Source of the DNA: Leucoraja ocellata
Lineage: Eukaryota
Length of the DNA stretch: 64,000 nt
NCBI GenBank assembly: GCA_036785375.1
Contig: JAWMAR010000023.1
Span: 7,502,001-7,566,000, forward strand
Direction of reading: 5' to 3'
A program made the translations under genes and the position numbers. Shown piece by piece: positions 1-12,900 of the stretch (positions are counted from its first letter, which is position 1; the number at the start of each line of letters is the position of its first letter). The notes below the pieces were generated by a model, which did no database searches, was not told where the DNA came from, and saw only the letters and a program-made list of their open reading frames with translations.

Positions 1-770
1 CACAAGAGTCTGCAGGGGGCCATTGGACATGAAGGAGCTGTTCGCTGTATTCTGTCCCTATCCTTTTCTTTGTCAGGTGCTTAGCAACTTGTAGAATGAC
101 TGCTGTTTCCACGTAAAATGAGTGCTGAGTCTTCAAAGACTTCAATCAATTGAAATCTTTGAAGACTCAAAGATTTGAAGTCTTTGTCATGGGGCCCATT
201 CGACTCTACTGTATAGCTTAAATTTATGGTTTCTGGTTCTGACGCAAGTCACTATTTATCCCAGATGGGAATTTCGATGAACTTTGAATGTTTTGAAGCA
301 CAATTATTACTTGGTCCTGGGCGTGGGGGATTGTCGGTGTGTTTCCCTGCAACTCCATGTAACCTCTTTACTGTCGCTATCCTCCTCCTCCACCACCCCT
401 GGCACCAGGCAGTTCCAGGCACCCACCATTCTCTGTGTGTAAAAAAAAAAACCTGCCCCACACATTTCCTTTAAACTTTGCTTCTCTCACCTTAAAGCTA
501 TGCCCTGTAGTTTTTGATATTTTCACCAGAAAGGTTTCTAATATTCATCCGTGGTTTGTTTCACAATGCTCCTAAAATGTAAGCATCCCTACAAAATGGG
601 GTTCTCTGCTACATTATTGAGTTGTGTATGATCTGTTGAAAAATAGGCTTCCATTTAATGAGGTTTGCATCAGATGTAGAATTAACCAGTTCCGTTTTTC
701 AGTTGGCCTATGCTTTACGCTGCACGTCGTTTTGTTATAATTTTGTTCTCTCGTTGACTTTTCCTTCTAG

Positions 771-953
771 GAAGCTTGCTCCATTCAGTATTACTTCTTA
801 ATCTTGTGGAGGATCCTAGGAGTTGTGCCTCCATCAAAAGCCTACGTTAATCAGGTGGCAATGAGCACAGCGGAGCTTAGTGAATGCGACATCCTGCATA
901 CGCTTCGATGGTCATCGCGCCTTTGTATCAGCTCCTATGCAACGTGGATCAAG
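771..953 (+). CDS. UBR4: UBR4 exon (window exon 1)
   Basis: ttctag|GAA..AAG|gtatta; [33 protein letters not shown]; 183 nt, phase 0-0. Confidence 0.95.
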
Positions 954-3900
954 GTATTAACAAATGAAACGCCCAGTGGTGTGTGGTGCAAAAGTGCAAA
1001 GTATTTGTTTAGTTGCAGCATGAAAGCCGGCTCTTCTGCCCACTGAGCCCCTGCCAACCATCGATCACCCGTTCGCACTAGTTCTTTACCCACCTTTGCA
1101 TTGATTCCTTACACATTAGAGGCAATTTACAGAGGCCAATTAACCTATAAATCTGCATGTCTTTGGAATATGGGAGGAAATTGGAGCACCTGAAGGAAAC
1201 CCACACAGTCGCAGGGAGAATATGCAAACTCCACACAGACAGAACCCGAGGTCAGGATCAAACCCGGGTCTCTGGCGGCTGTGAGGCAGCAACATCTCTA
1301 CCAACTGGCCTATTACATGTCAAAAATAATCTCATTTTGTGAATATTTATATGTCGGGAAACTTGATGTTTTGAAGAGCCAAGTATTGGACCAGGAGAGA
1401 AAGACATGAAAAACGTAGAATTGTTGCGAGGTTTAGATTGTTAGTTCACACCATATCACAAAGTATTCAAATATTGCTTTATGGCTATATTTTACCTCGT
1501 ATTTTCTCTGTTTTCCTCTTTTGATGCTGCTTAATGCCAGGTTTACCCTGTTCATGCCAAAATTGTTCTACGTCATCATCGAGGCAAATAACCAGTAGTG
1601 TCTGCACCATTAGGGTGCAGAACACAGTCCTGCCCAAATCACTGTACGTTTTTCAAAGAAGCTGCCAGACATCGCTGAGCAACAATTGGGAAACAAGCGA
1701 TTATATTCACATGGATCATTTACTGCTGCCTTAGCCTTTACCTCTGCATCAACCTTTCATCTATGAGACACTAAAAGCCATGTCCCACTGTACGAGTTCA
1801 TTCAAGAGTTCTCCCCGAGTTTGCCCTGATTCGAACTCGGAGATTTACGGTAATGGCCGCTCGCTCGTAAGGCTCTCGTGGACATTTTTCAACATGTTGA
1901 AAAATCTTCACGAGTCTTCCCGAGCTTACCTGCCGTTAGCGAGTCTTTCCGAATATCTGCCATTAGCGTTACGAGCCACTAAGAGACGTCCCCGAGCTTC
2001 GATATACCCGCTACGTTCATTCTACGTGCTTACCGCGAGTTTGATTTTTTTTTTTTTACTCGGGAGAGCACTTGAGTGTACTCGTACAGTGGGACAGGGC
2101 CATCAGTCTTGTACTGCAATGCTATGGTGCATGAAATTAATGTTGAGCCATTAACATATCTACATACAATAGCAGATGGAAGATTACACGGTAACATGGA
2201 AAGGATATGGAGAGTAAAGCAGTTATTTTCAATATGACTGTTGTTCAATGAGAGGCTTGTTAATGCATGATTTTGCTTTGCTGCAGGATCATCTGGTGCG
2301 ACAGGGCATGAAGCCAGACCATGCTGGCTCACTGGTAGAACTGGCCGTTGCCAAGTGCAGTTTTGTGAAGTATGATGTGGAACTTGCAGAGGACTATGTT
2401 GCCAGACAGGTAAGAAAAAGCCTGGCCAGTGTGCTGTCTGTCTGAAAGTGGTGTTTTTAAAATTATTTTAAGGATGAAATAACCTTGATATTATAGGCTG
2501 TGGTACTGCCATTGTGGCTATAATCTTCAAGCCATGGGAAATAGTTCCTCCTGTATTTTCAGAATATTTCACCAAAGTATTTTCATGAGGAGAAGAGGGA
2601 ACAAGAAGACCAGAACAGGAGCAATACTGGGCATGTTTTTTACACAGAGAGTGGAGAGTGCCTGGAACGTATTGCCAGGGGTGATGGCGCTGGCATTGAT
2701 GACAGTGGTGTTTAAGAGGCTTTTAGATAAGTGCTGGGAATGGAGGGTAGTGGATCATGTGCAGGCAGGTGAGATTAGTTTAAATTATATCTTCGGCACA
2801 GACATGGCCAAAGGGCCTGTTCCTAGGCCTATTCTTTGAAGTTCTGTGAGCTGAATATCTTGTTTCGCTGCTGTGTAAACTTTGCCCAGATTTACTGAAA
2901 GAAACTGGGGGTGGGTGAGGCTGTGGGGAAGACCACAGAGATAATTAGAACCACAGCCACCATATTATTGCTTCCATTCTCTCGCAAGTTTTTCTTTACC
3001 GTAGTCCCTGACAGAATTACCACACGGAGCGGTTGAGGCAGATTGGTTTGATTACCTTAAAAGGATGTGAGTAGACGAGAGGGGAACAGTAAGGAAGGAT
3101 TTATTATTATTCATTCACTTATTTGTAGAATGCTATAGACTGCATAGTCAAAGGGCTCCCATGGTGTTAGACAGGAATTAATGTAGTAATGATATATATT
3201 TTTATTGTGGATGATATGTTATCTCAAAATGGTGGTCTCTGATCAGCAAGGCGATAAGGGTGTTGGGAATAGAAGCTGCTGTTGGGAACTCCTGGCAGGT
3301 TGCTGTCTTCTTTAAAAATGATTGAGACAACAGATCTTCTAAAACTTTTGTCTTTGTACACGTATGTGTGTGAATTGCATGTTTTAATCGGAAATCCTAA
3401 TGTGCCTTTATGTAACAGTTTTATTTGTTCAATTATTCTGGATTCTTGTTCGTGATCCAGTTGCAGAAAGTATTTCATTATCATTTAGCGTATATACAAT
3501 GATATTTGACAATGATGCTACTATCCATTCAAGAGCTTGAAGTGAGTTCTCCTACAAATTTAGGTCTCCTCCTGTAGTGGAATTGATGCAACCGCTATCC
3601 TCCCACTCAACCGGCTCCCCAACATGCAGACCATCTATACGCTTGATGCAGTTATATCAAAGATCCAGGTTTCTTTGGATGAGTACTTTTCCAAGGTGGC
3701 TGCAGAAACTGATACCCACAAGACATCTGAGATCACAAAGAATTTGCTTCCTGCAACTCTTCAGCTGATTAGCATCTATGCTACTTTTACCAGGTACAAA
3801 ACTGAATGCTCAGGCATTTCTTTTACATTAAAATTGCCAATTGAAATGTTGGGAAAATGCAAATGTTAGTGATTGGGCTGCTGGTGTTTTAAGTCTTGAT

Positions 3901-6900
3901 TATGATTTTTTTTTAACCAATTTGTGTATAATGTTTGGTGTTTGTTTGGTGTTTGATGTTAGGTCATACCTGTTGAGGAGCCTGTGTGAAGAGGGCTCGG
4001 CTGACTGCCCAACTGAGGAGAAGCTGCAAGGCTACGCGGCAGCACTGGCGATTGGATCTGCCCGTTGCAAGACCAACACTGTTGGTAAGGGCAGAAACTC
4101 TTCTGTAACTGTTTAATCATTGGCACTGTAAAGAAAGTGGAATAAATTGCAGGAGTTGGTCTTATCTTTGAAAAATACATTTTTCCTTTTTTCCAAAAAA
4201 TTAATTCCTTCTGATCCTTTCCTTTTTGGCCATGGCTACTGTCATCTTGCTCAGGTCCCCAGTAGACGTCCATCTTTTCAGCCACATGACATTCAGTCTA
4301 TGAACCTGGGTATGGGCGTTAGCAGGCTGATTTAATCAAATCTCAGACTTGTTCTACCATTATGTGTGCACACACTGTTCATTCACAGAGGCTACAGAAA
4401 TTGGTCACATGCCATCATCCTGGTTTTTAATTTCCTTTCTCTTATCTCAATTGGAAATTTTGATCCTAATTGCAGTATGACATTGGGACCTCTATTGTGT
4501 GACATTACCATACTGATAAATTAATTGAAATTATTCCTGATTACATTGGTTCGTGTAAGGAAAAAATAGAGTACTGTAAAGTTTATTTTAATCAGTCATT
4601 TTTTACTTGGGATTAAAAAAATGCATTAAAACGGCAAGTCAATGAGGGAAATGGCTTTGATTAAAGCTTACTATGGATACTGAAGGAATGTCCATTTGTT
4701 GTGATGCTTCGGTTATACTTTAGTCGTGCTAGCTAGAAATTCTGTCTGCCTAAGGTTTATGTTGTATCCGTGAGAAGTATTCTGTTCTGCATGATACACA
4801 AGACTGAACTGCCTGCTTGAAATCATTCCAATTGATTGTGATTCTGTTTACAGCTCAGTTGGTGGTTCAGAACCTTCCATCAGCTGTTCAGACACTGTGT
4901 GAAACGTGGAGCAACATCCACACCAATGAATTTCCCAACATCGGATCATGGGTAGGTGAAAGTTGTTCACATTTAACAGAGTACAAGATTGTAAAATGGA
5001 GCAGGATGAGGTCTAATGGCCTCTCCAGCCTGTTCTGCTATTCAATAAGGATCAAGACTCTACCAATCTTTGGCCTTAGCTATATTTTTGTGCCTCATCC
5101 CCAAGATCATAATTCTCTTGCCGTCCAAGAGGCTACGTCATCCTTATTTATTCTTGAACATACATTAGATATTAAATGGTTTTGTAACAATGATTAGATG
5201 GAACATGACCATCCATTGAATGGGTCATTAATGATCCCATGGTATTATGTAGAAAGATATGAAGTGTCTTAACGAAGGGTCCTGCCCAAAATTGCCTATC
5301 CACGTTGTCCTGAGATGCTGCCTGACCCGTTGAGCTACTCTAGCACTCTGTGACTTCCCACGGTATTATCTCTGGACCACAATTAATTTAATAAAATAGT
5401 GATTAATTGTTTCTAGAATATTATGCTGAATGGCTTTTAGATTTTGTTAAATAAGTTATGAGGAATTGTTTTATTTAAAATCCTTTGACATTTTCCTGGA
5501 TAGTGTGATAAGGTACTATATAAATGTATGCAATGGGTCATCTCCTTCTGTTACATTGCAGCAGATCTTTTGTCAACCCATGTTAGTGTCTTAGCTTTCG
5601 AGGTTTAATAAGTTGCATGCACATGAAGCTCAATTCACAATAATGTATTCCTTCTCTCCAGAGATGCTGCCTGTCCCGCTGAATTACTCCAGCTTTTTGT
5701 GTCTTTTTTCACAATAATGTACAGATATTTATAGCCAGAGAGTTTAAGAAATAGAGAAAATGAAAATGGAACTTAGACGGAAATGTATATCCGCTAATTC
5801 AAAGGCTGGGTCGTATGTGCTGTGATAGAGGAAGGTTTGAGTGTTTGTGCACATGGCGCATGGTATCTTACTTCAGAGAAATCTTATGAGGTGATCCTGT
5901 CGTGCTGTATGTATTTTACACTAATACAGTAATTGAAATATTGAGAACATATGTGGTCATGTGAATTACTCTGGGCTTAGATGAGTAAAGCTTAATCAAT
6001 AGGGATTAACAAATACAAAGAATTGTAAAATTGAAGGTAGACAAAAATGCTGGAGAAACTCAGCGGGTGCAGCAGCATCTATGGAGCGAAGGAAATAGGC
6101 AACGTTTCGGGCCAAAACCCTTCTTCAGATTTTAATTGTAAAATTGAACCTTTTTCATAGGAATATAGGATATTATGAGGTGAATCAGAACAGTGTTTAA
6201 AAGTATGAATGGATACGACAAAAATATTTTGCATCTAGTCTAAGGAAGGTTTAGACACCATATTGAATAGATTCAGGAGAAATGTTTTTCCAGGGAGCCT
6301 TGGCTTATATGACCATGAGGCACTAATTGAAGGGTCAACTATGACAACATTGAGTAAAGCAATGTAGGTAAATGAAATGTTAAAAGATTTGGATTTCTGC
6401 TTCTTTGGACCGATAGAGCTAAATGTTATGTTTTGATGTAGGCCCATTGATTTCTTCATTGTCTATCCTTAGTGCTAATGTTATCAGCGTATTATACTAC
6501 ATTGGCAGATAAACCCCTTCCATGTTTGGTACTAGCTGTTATTATCCATAGGTTATGAATAATTTGAATGTAATTCAGGGGTTTAAATGAGACTTCATTT
6601 TTATCTTTTTGTTTTCTTCACAGCGAAATGCATTTGCAAATGACATCATTCCAGCAGAGAGCTACATTAGTGCAATCCAGGCCGCACACCTTGGCACGTT
6701 GTCCAATCAGAGTCTGCCATTGGCTGCATGCCTGAAACACATTCTACTTTCGTTGGTCAGGCTTACCGGTGACCTCATAGTGTACGTTGAATAGTGGATT
6801 TTCAATCTTCACTCTGTTAGATGTGACGTTGCCCTGCAGCATGCATCAAAGACTCCAGCGTTACTAATCACTCCTATATTTAATGTCCCCTCTACAATCT

Positions 6901-9900
6901 GGAAGGATATCATCTGGCCCATTGTGCCAATGAGAGGTCTCGAGCCTTTCCACTGAGAACGCCAAAGTTAGATATAGCTCTTGGGGTTAATGGAATCCAG
7001 CATATGGGGAGAAAGCAGGAACGGGGTACTGATTTAGGATGATCAGCCATGATCATATTGAATGGTGGTGCTGGCTCGAAGGGCCGAATGACCTACTCGT
7101 GTACCTAATTTCCATATTCCATTCCCCAAATCTTTTCCTTTAACTTGTCCTCTCACATGCCTTCAACTCCTGATTTTCCTGTCACAATTTACACAAGGGT
7201 TAATTTACATCAAGCAGCATGTCTTTGGAATGTGGGAGAAACTCGAGAGGTCACAGTGAAAACCATGTAGTCACAAGGAGACATATAATCTCCACACAGC
7301 ACCTGAGATAGGATCACATTTGTGTTGCTGAAGCTGCACATCAACAGCATGAGGCCCTGCATCACTTTGTCCCCTCTGTTGTAGGGGACAAATCACTTTA
7401 CGACTGGTGAGTTGACCAGTTTATCTGTCCTCCGCCTGTAGATCTAATACATGCATCCTGAATTCTCCAAAAAAGACAACAAAATTCTACTAGGCCACAA
7501 ACCTTTGTGGCTGAGAGAGCCTCAACCGTCTCTGTTGCTTCTGCTATCCCAGGTGCTTGATGCTGTAGTTCATTTACTCGGTATCCAGTACACAAGTAGG
7601 ATTGTGATCAGGAATTTCTTAGGATGGAGTATTAATTTTCTAGCACCTGCTCTTGGTCAACTGCCCTGATGTCTCTGTCTGGCTCCGTGTCAATTTTAGT
7701 TTGAAAATACCCGTGGGATATACTTTATGATAATTTGCCACTTTAAGACTTTATATAAATGGAACTTTTTGTTGGAATGTCTGTGTAATTGTTTTCTTCC
7801 CTCAAACTAAATATTCGGATTTGAATTTGACGTCTTCCATTTTTCATGCTGCTAAATTGAATTTTGTTGTCCATTTATTTGACCTCCTTGCACTGTTTCC
7901 ATTTTCAGGCAATTGAACTCACCGTTAAGTATGTTTATCACAAATCTTCTGTCCTAATTATTTTTCCAGGTGGTGTCCTGATGAACTGAACCCACCCCAA
8001 GTTATTCACACTTTGCTGCCATTGCTCTTGGAGACCAGCACAGAAAGTGTGTCTGAAATCTGTTCCACTTCACTGGAACGTATCCTGGGACCAGCGGAAT
8101 CCGATGAGTTTCTTGCACGGGTTTACGAGCGACTCATCACCAGCTGCTACAATATAATCGCCCACCACTCTGACCCCAACAGGTAGCGAAAAGGTTAAAA
8201 TTAGTAAATGACTTTGGATTTTGTAAAATATGAAATCATCAGAATCTATAGTACTAAGGGGTGGCACAGCGGTAGAGCTGCTCCCTCACAGTGATTCGAT
8301 CCGGATCACGGGTGCAGTCGGTACGGAGTTTGTACGTTTTCCCTGGGACTGTGGGGGTTTTCTCCGGGTACTCCGGTCTCCTCCCACACGCCAAGGCTTG
8401 TCGGTTAATTGGCTACAATAAAATTGTACAATTGTCCCTAGAGAGTAGGATAGTGTAAGTGTACGGGGTAATCGCTGGTTGGCATGGGCTCAGTGGGCCG
8501 AAGGGCCTGTCTCCGTGCTGTATCTCTAAAGTCTACAGCACAATTTGATTATAACCAATTTAGCTTGTAACCCAGGACTAACACAGGTGTTTAGTCATTA
8601 CAGCTGATTTATCGTCTACAATGCACCCATATTTTTGAAAGTATAGAAAGATTATTAAAACTCAAATTTGTTGAATAATTAGAATGCATTTTAGAAACAT
8701 AGAAATAAGGTGCAGGAGTAGGCCATTCGGCCCTTCGAGCCTGCACCGCCATTCAATATGATCATGGCTGATCATCCAACTCAATATCCCGTACCTGCCT
8801 TCTCTCCATACCCTCTGATCCCCTTAGCCACAAGGCCACATCTAACTCCCTCTTAAATGTAGCCAATAAACTGACCTCAACTACCCTCTGTGGCAGAGAG
8901 TTCCAGAGATTCACCACTCTCTGTGTGAAAAAAGTTTTTCTCATCTCGGTTTTTAAGGATTTCCCCCTTATCCTTAAGCTGTGACCCCCTTGTCCTGGAC
9001 TACCCCAACATCGGGAACAATCTTCCTGCATCTAGCCTGTCCAACCCCTTAAGAATTTTGTAAGTTTCTATAAGATCCCCCTCAATCTCCTAAATTCTAG
9101 AGAGTATAAACCAAGTCTATCCAGTCTTTCTTCATAAGACAGTCCTGACATCCCAGGAATCAGTCTGGTGAACCTTCTCTGCACTCCCTCTATGGCAATA
9201 ATGTCCTTCCTCAGATTTGGAGACCAAAACTGTACGCAATACTCCAGGTGTGGTCTCACCAAGACCCTGTACAACTGCAGTAGAACCTCCCTGCTCCTAT
9301 ACTCAAATCCTTTTGCTATGAAAGCTAACATACCATTCGCTTTCTTCACTGCCTGCTGCACCTGCATGCCTACTTTCAATGACTGGTTTCAATTTTCTTC
9401 ACTGTTAATCAGCAATTTAAATATTAAAATGGTTCATTTGGAATGGCAGATTGGCTCAAGTGGCATTTTTTGTCAAAAGATTATGGATGTTACTGGCTGT
9501 AGGATTAAATACATAATCCGGTATTGTATCTAATTGCCATTCTGAAAGCCTGTTATTTTTCAGATAATATGTTAAAAGAAAGCCGTAAATGCTCATTTAT
9601 ACCATCATATTAATTATAGCGAAACAAGAAGTTTTCCTGATGCGCTAACCAACATTCATCCCACTCAGTTAATCAATATCACTAAAAGAATTGACTGGCA
9701 ATCCATTATCTTATTTGTTTTCGTTGGACTAAGTAAACCAAATTGTGCAAGTTTATCTAGGCACTTCAAAAGGAAGAAATTGCCAGTCAAGCTAAGTCGT
9801 ACTGAGGGCATGAAAGATAAGTTCTTTGTTCTTTGCTTTGTTTTATGTTTCAAATTGGGGAAATCCTATTAAGTACTTGATAACTGCTTTAGCATAATGG

Positions 9901-12900
9901 AAGTGATGAGACTCAAGATTTTACAAATTGCTTGGGATTGGATACCTCAAAACAACATCACATCAATCCAGCAGAAGTGACTGTTCTGTTTCTTCTTGAT
10001 CCCAGTCCTAATTATTATAAATATTTTAAACCAGGCACTGAATCTACAGAACTACAATAAATGATTGGTGAAAATGTGCTGTCTGGTTCACAGTTCAGTT
10101 GCAGTGTACAGATCAGGTTCTAAATAGTACAATGTATCAGGAACTCTGATCCCATTCAATCTGGTGCTCACGAGTATTGCTTGCATTTTTTCTCTGGTGA
10201 TGTCCAAGGTTTCATATTTTGAGTGCATGCGAAAGGGGACATGCTGCATGGAGTGTAACTTATTTCCAGCCCCCCCCCCCCCCCCCCCCCCCCACTCAGT
10301 CAGTTTGAAGAAGGATCCTGACCAAAAGTGTCACCTATCCAAATCCACCACAGTTGCTGCCTGACCCGCTGAGTGACTCTGGCACTTTGTGTTGTGGTTT
10401 GTAAACCAGCATCTGCCGTTCCTTGTTTCTCCAACGTATCCATTGCTTGGATATGCACAGAAAATTATTCAATCATTCTCATATTTTAAGATTTACTACT
10501 TTTGGTTGAGAATATTCATCATTTATGAGTATAGATGTGAAAGTTACATTTTCCCATTTGTGCAACAATTTAATAACGTGTTTGAATTAGAAAGAATTTA
10601 GAACTTTTGCCAGAATACTGAACTTAATGGAGCACAAGCATCTTCATTAATGCACCACTCTTTCCATCTCCACAGTGGTCTAGATGAATCTATCTTAGAG
10701 GAGTGCTTGCAATACCTGGAGAAGCAGCTGGAGAGCAGTCAGGCACGTAATGCCATGGAGGAGTTCTTCTCTGAACGGTAAAAGGAGGATCCTGTGAACT
10801 GCAAATTAAATATAAACTATACAAATTGGGAATGAGAAAAGTGTTGGATTTAGCATAAGTTCTGCGTTAAGTAATTGTTGTGAAGTCTCTTTTAGTGGAC
10901 CATTCCTTTCTCCGCGATTTACTCGATTTGCCCCACATTCCTTGGATTGGCTGGGTCAGGGTTTATCTCTACTGCACCGTGCCTACAAATGTCATGTTTT
11001 AAGTCTTTCACGCTAAAGAACCGTTTATTGATCCCAGTAAACATAAAACTGTAACAGCAAGCTGTAACTGCTTTTCTCATTGTTTTTGTTACTTAATGAA
11101 TATTTGGCAGAACAGAAAAGGACAATCAGATTTTTTTTTAAATGATGTTCTAAAGCAATGAATCCCATGAACATGTTTTCATGATGAGTGTTGCCTCTGC
11201 CTACCTCCTCCATTAGTTTTATTCATTATTTTAAACAACATTAGGATTGGATAGACGGCTTATCCATGTTCTCCAGAAATTCAGCCTGACCCGCTGAGTT
11301 ACTCCAGCACTTTGTCTTTTTTTGTAAACCAGCATCTGCATTCCATGTTTCAACATTAGGCATGTTTATTGACCCATAGAAATACGGCACCACCTTTAGG
11401 ATCCTTTTTTATTTTCATAAAAAGTGTTTATTGGGTTTTGATACTCAAGACTTTGAAGAAGGTTTAGAAATACAAATGATCAGGTGGAATTTTTGTCCTA
11501 AGTAACAGCATGTTTTTTTTCTATCTTTGACAAAGTCAGTTACTCACTTTGACTCGGTTTATCAGCATTAGTGCCTGTCTCCTTCTTTCTTGCAGTGGGG
11601 AGTTGGTACAGATCATGATGGCAACAGCTAATGAGAACCTTTCGGCAAAATTCTGTAACAGAGTGCTGAAGTTTTTCACAAAGCTCTTCCAGCTTGGTAA
11701 GTAGTAACACGCAGTGGTCAGAGCTAATGCATATTTCCAGTGCTTCCTTTGTAGATGACCAGATGCCGGTACGCATATTGTTTCTTTGTGTTGGTGTCTA
11801 TGGCAGATCGCTTTCCTATAAGCTGCTGAAGCTCTTTAAGGGCCTGACTGCCAAATTTAAATAATACATTTTATTTTTTTATCTTCAGTAATCTTTCTGT
11901 GATATAAAAAATTCAAAATCTTTGAAAACTGCGTACTGTCACCAAAAAAAGGCACTGCATATTTATTTCTAATCTGATAATAATGCTGTAAGAACATCTG
12001 GGCACACTTAACTTCTTTGAACCCTTGGTTTTTATTTGATTAATAGTTGGATTCGGATCTAAGGGGGTTGAGAAGCAGCTCAGTTTAGAAATGTGCTGAT
12101 AAACCAAGACCGTAAAGGACTGGATATTTTGTCTTTATACCAATTCAACCATTTATCTGTCATGGTTAAAATGTGGAATGGTGGTTTCTGTGATGCCATT
12201 TGATTTTTATTTGGCAGGGAATTGTACACTGCCATTTGAGGTGGAATTGTGTTCTTTCTAAGCAAAGCAATGCATACTTTACAAAATAATCAGCCTCTGT
12301 TTTACGTCTATTAAAATGTTCAAACTTAAATATTGGTAACTTTTGAATTTGAACTGAGTAGTTAGATTTCAAGTGGGCTTTTTGAGATTTGGGATTGGTG
12401 GTACTCATCCCAGCCCTGCTGTACAACGTCCCGTTATTCTTCTCACGGCTGCTTTTCCATCCTTTGCTGTTGGCAATTTAAGGATTTGTAAGGTTGTTCT
12501 ATTTTTTCTGTGTCATTAACATTGCGGCAATGGGAATAGAATTGATCATTGCCTTCAGCATCGAATTAGACCTATTGGCCTAACTCATCCATGCCAACCA
12601 AGTTGTCTAACTGAACTATTCTCACTTAACTGTGGCTGGCCCATATCCCTCCAAACCTTTCCTACCCAAGTACTTATCTACTGTCTACGTGTCTTTAAAC
12701 GTCATTATTGTATTTAATTGCCCTCTCCCACAGCTCATAGCTTGTTCCATATACATACCATTGTCTGTGTAAATGATTGCCTCTCGAGTCCCTTTTTAAA
12801 TCTTTCCTCTCTCACTGTAAACCTATGCCTTCTTGTTTTAGACTCCCCTATATCTGTTCTCCAGTGATGCTGCCTGACTTGCTGAGTTACTGCAGCACTT

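Noticed and set aside
8258-8330. tRNA gene
   Set aside because: It is the tRNA-derived head of an HE1-type SINE, continuing into the SINE body and LINE tail.
10270-10293. Poly-C and poly-G runs (also about 18576-18596 and 34506-34540) as functional G-quadruplexes
   Set aside because: They adjoin repeat copies and homopolymer lengths are unreliable in assemblies.
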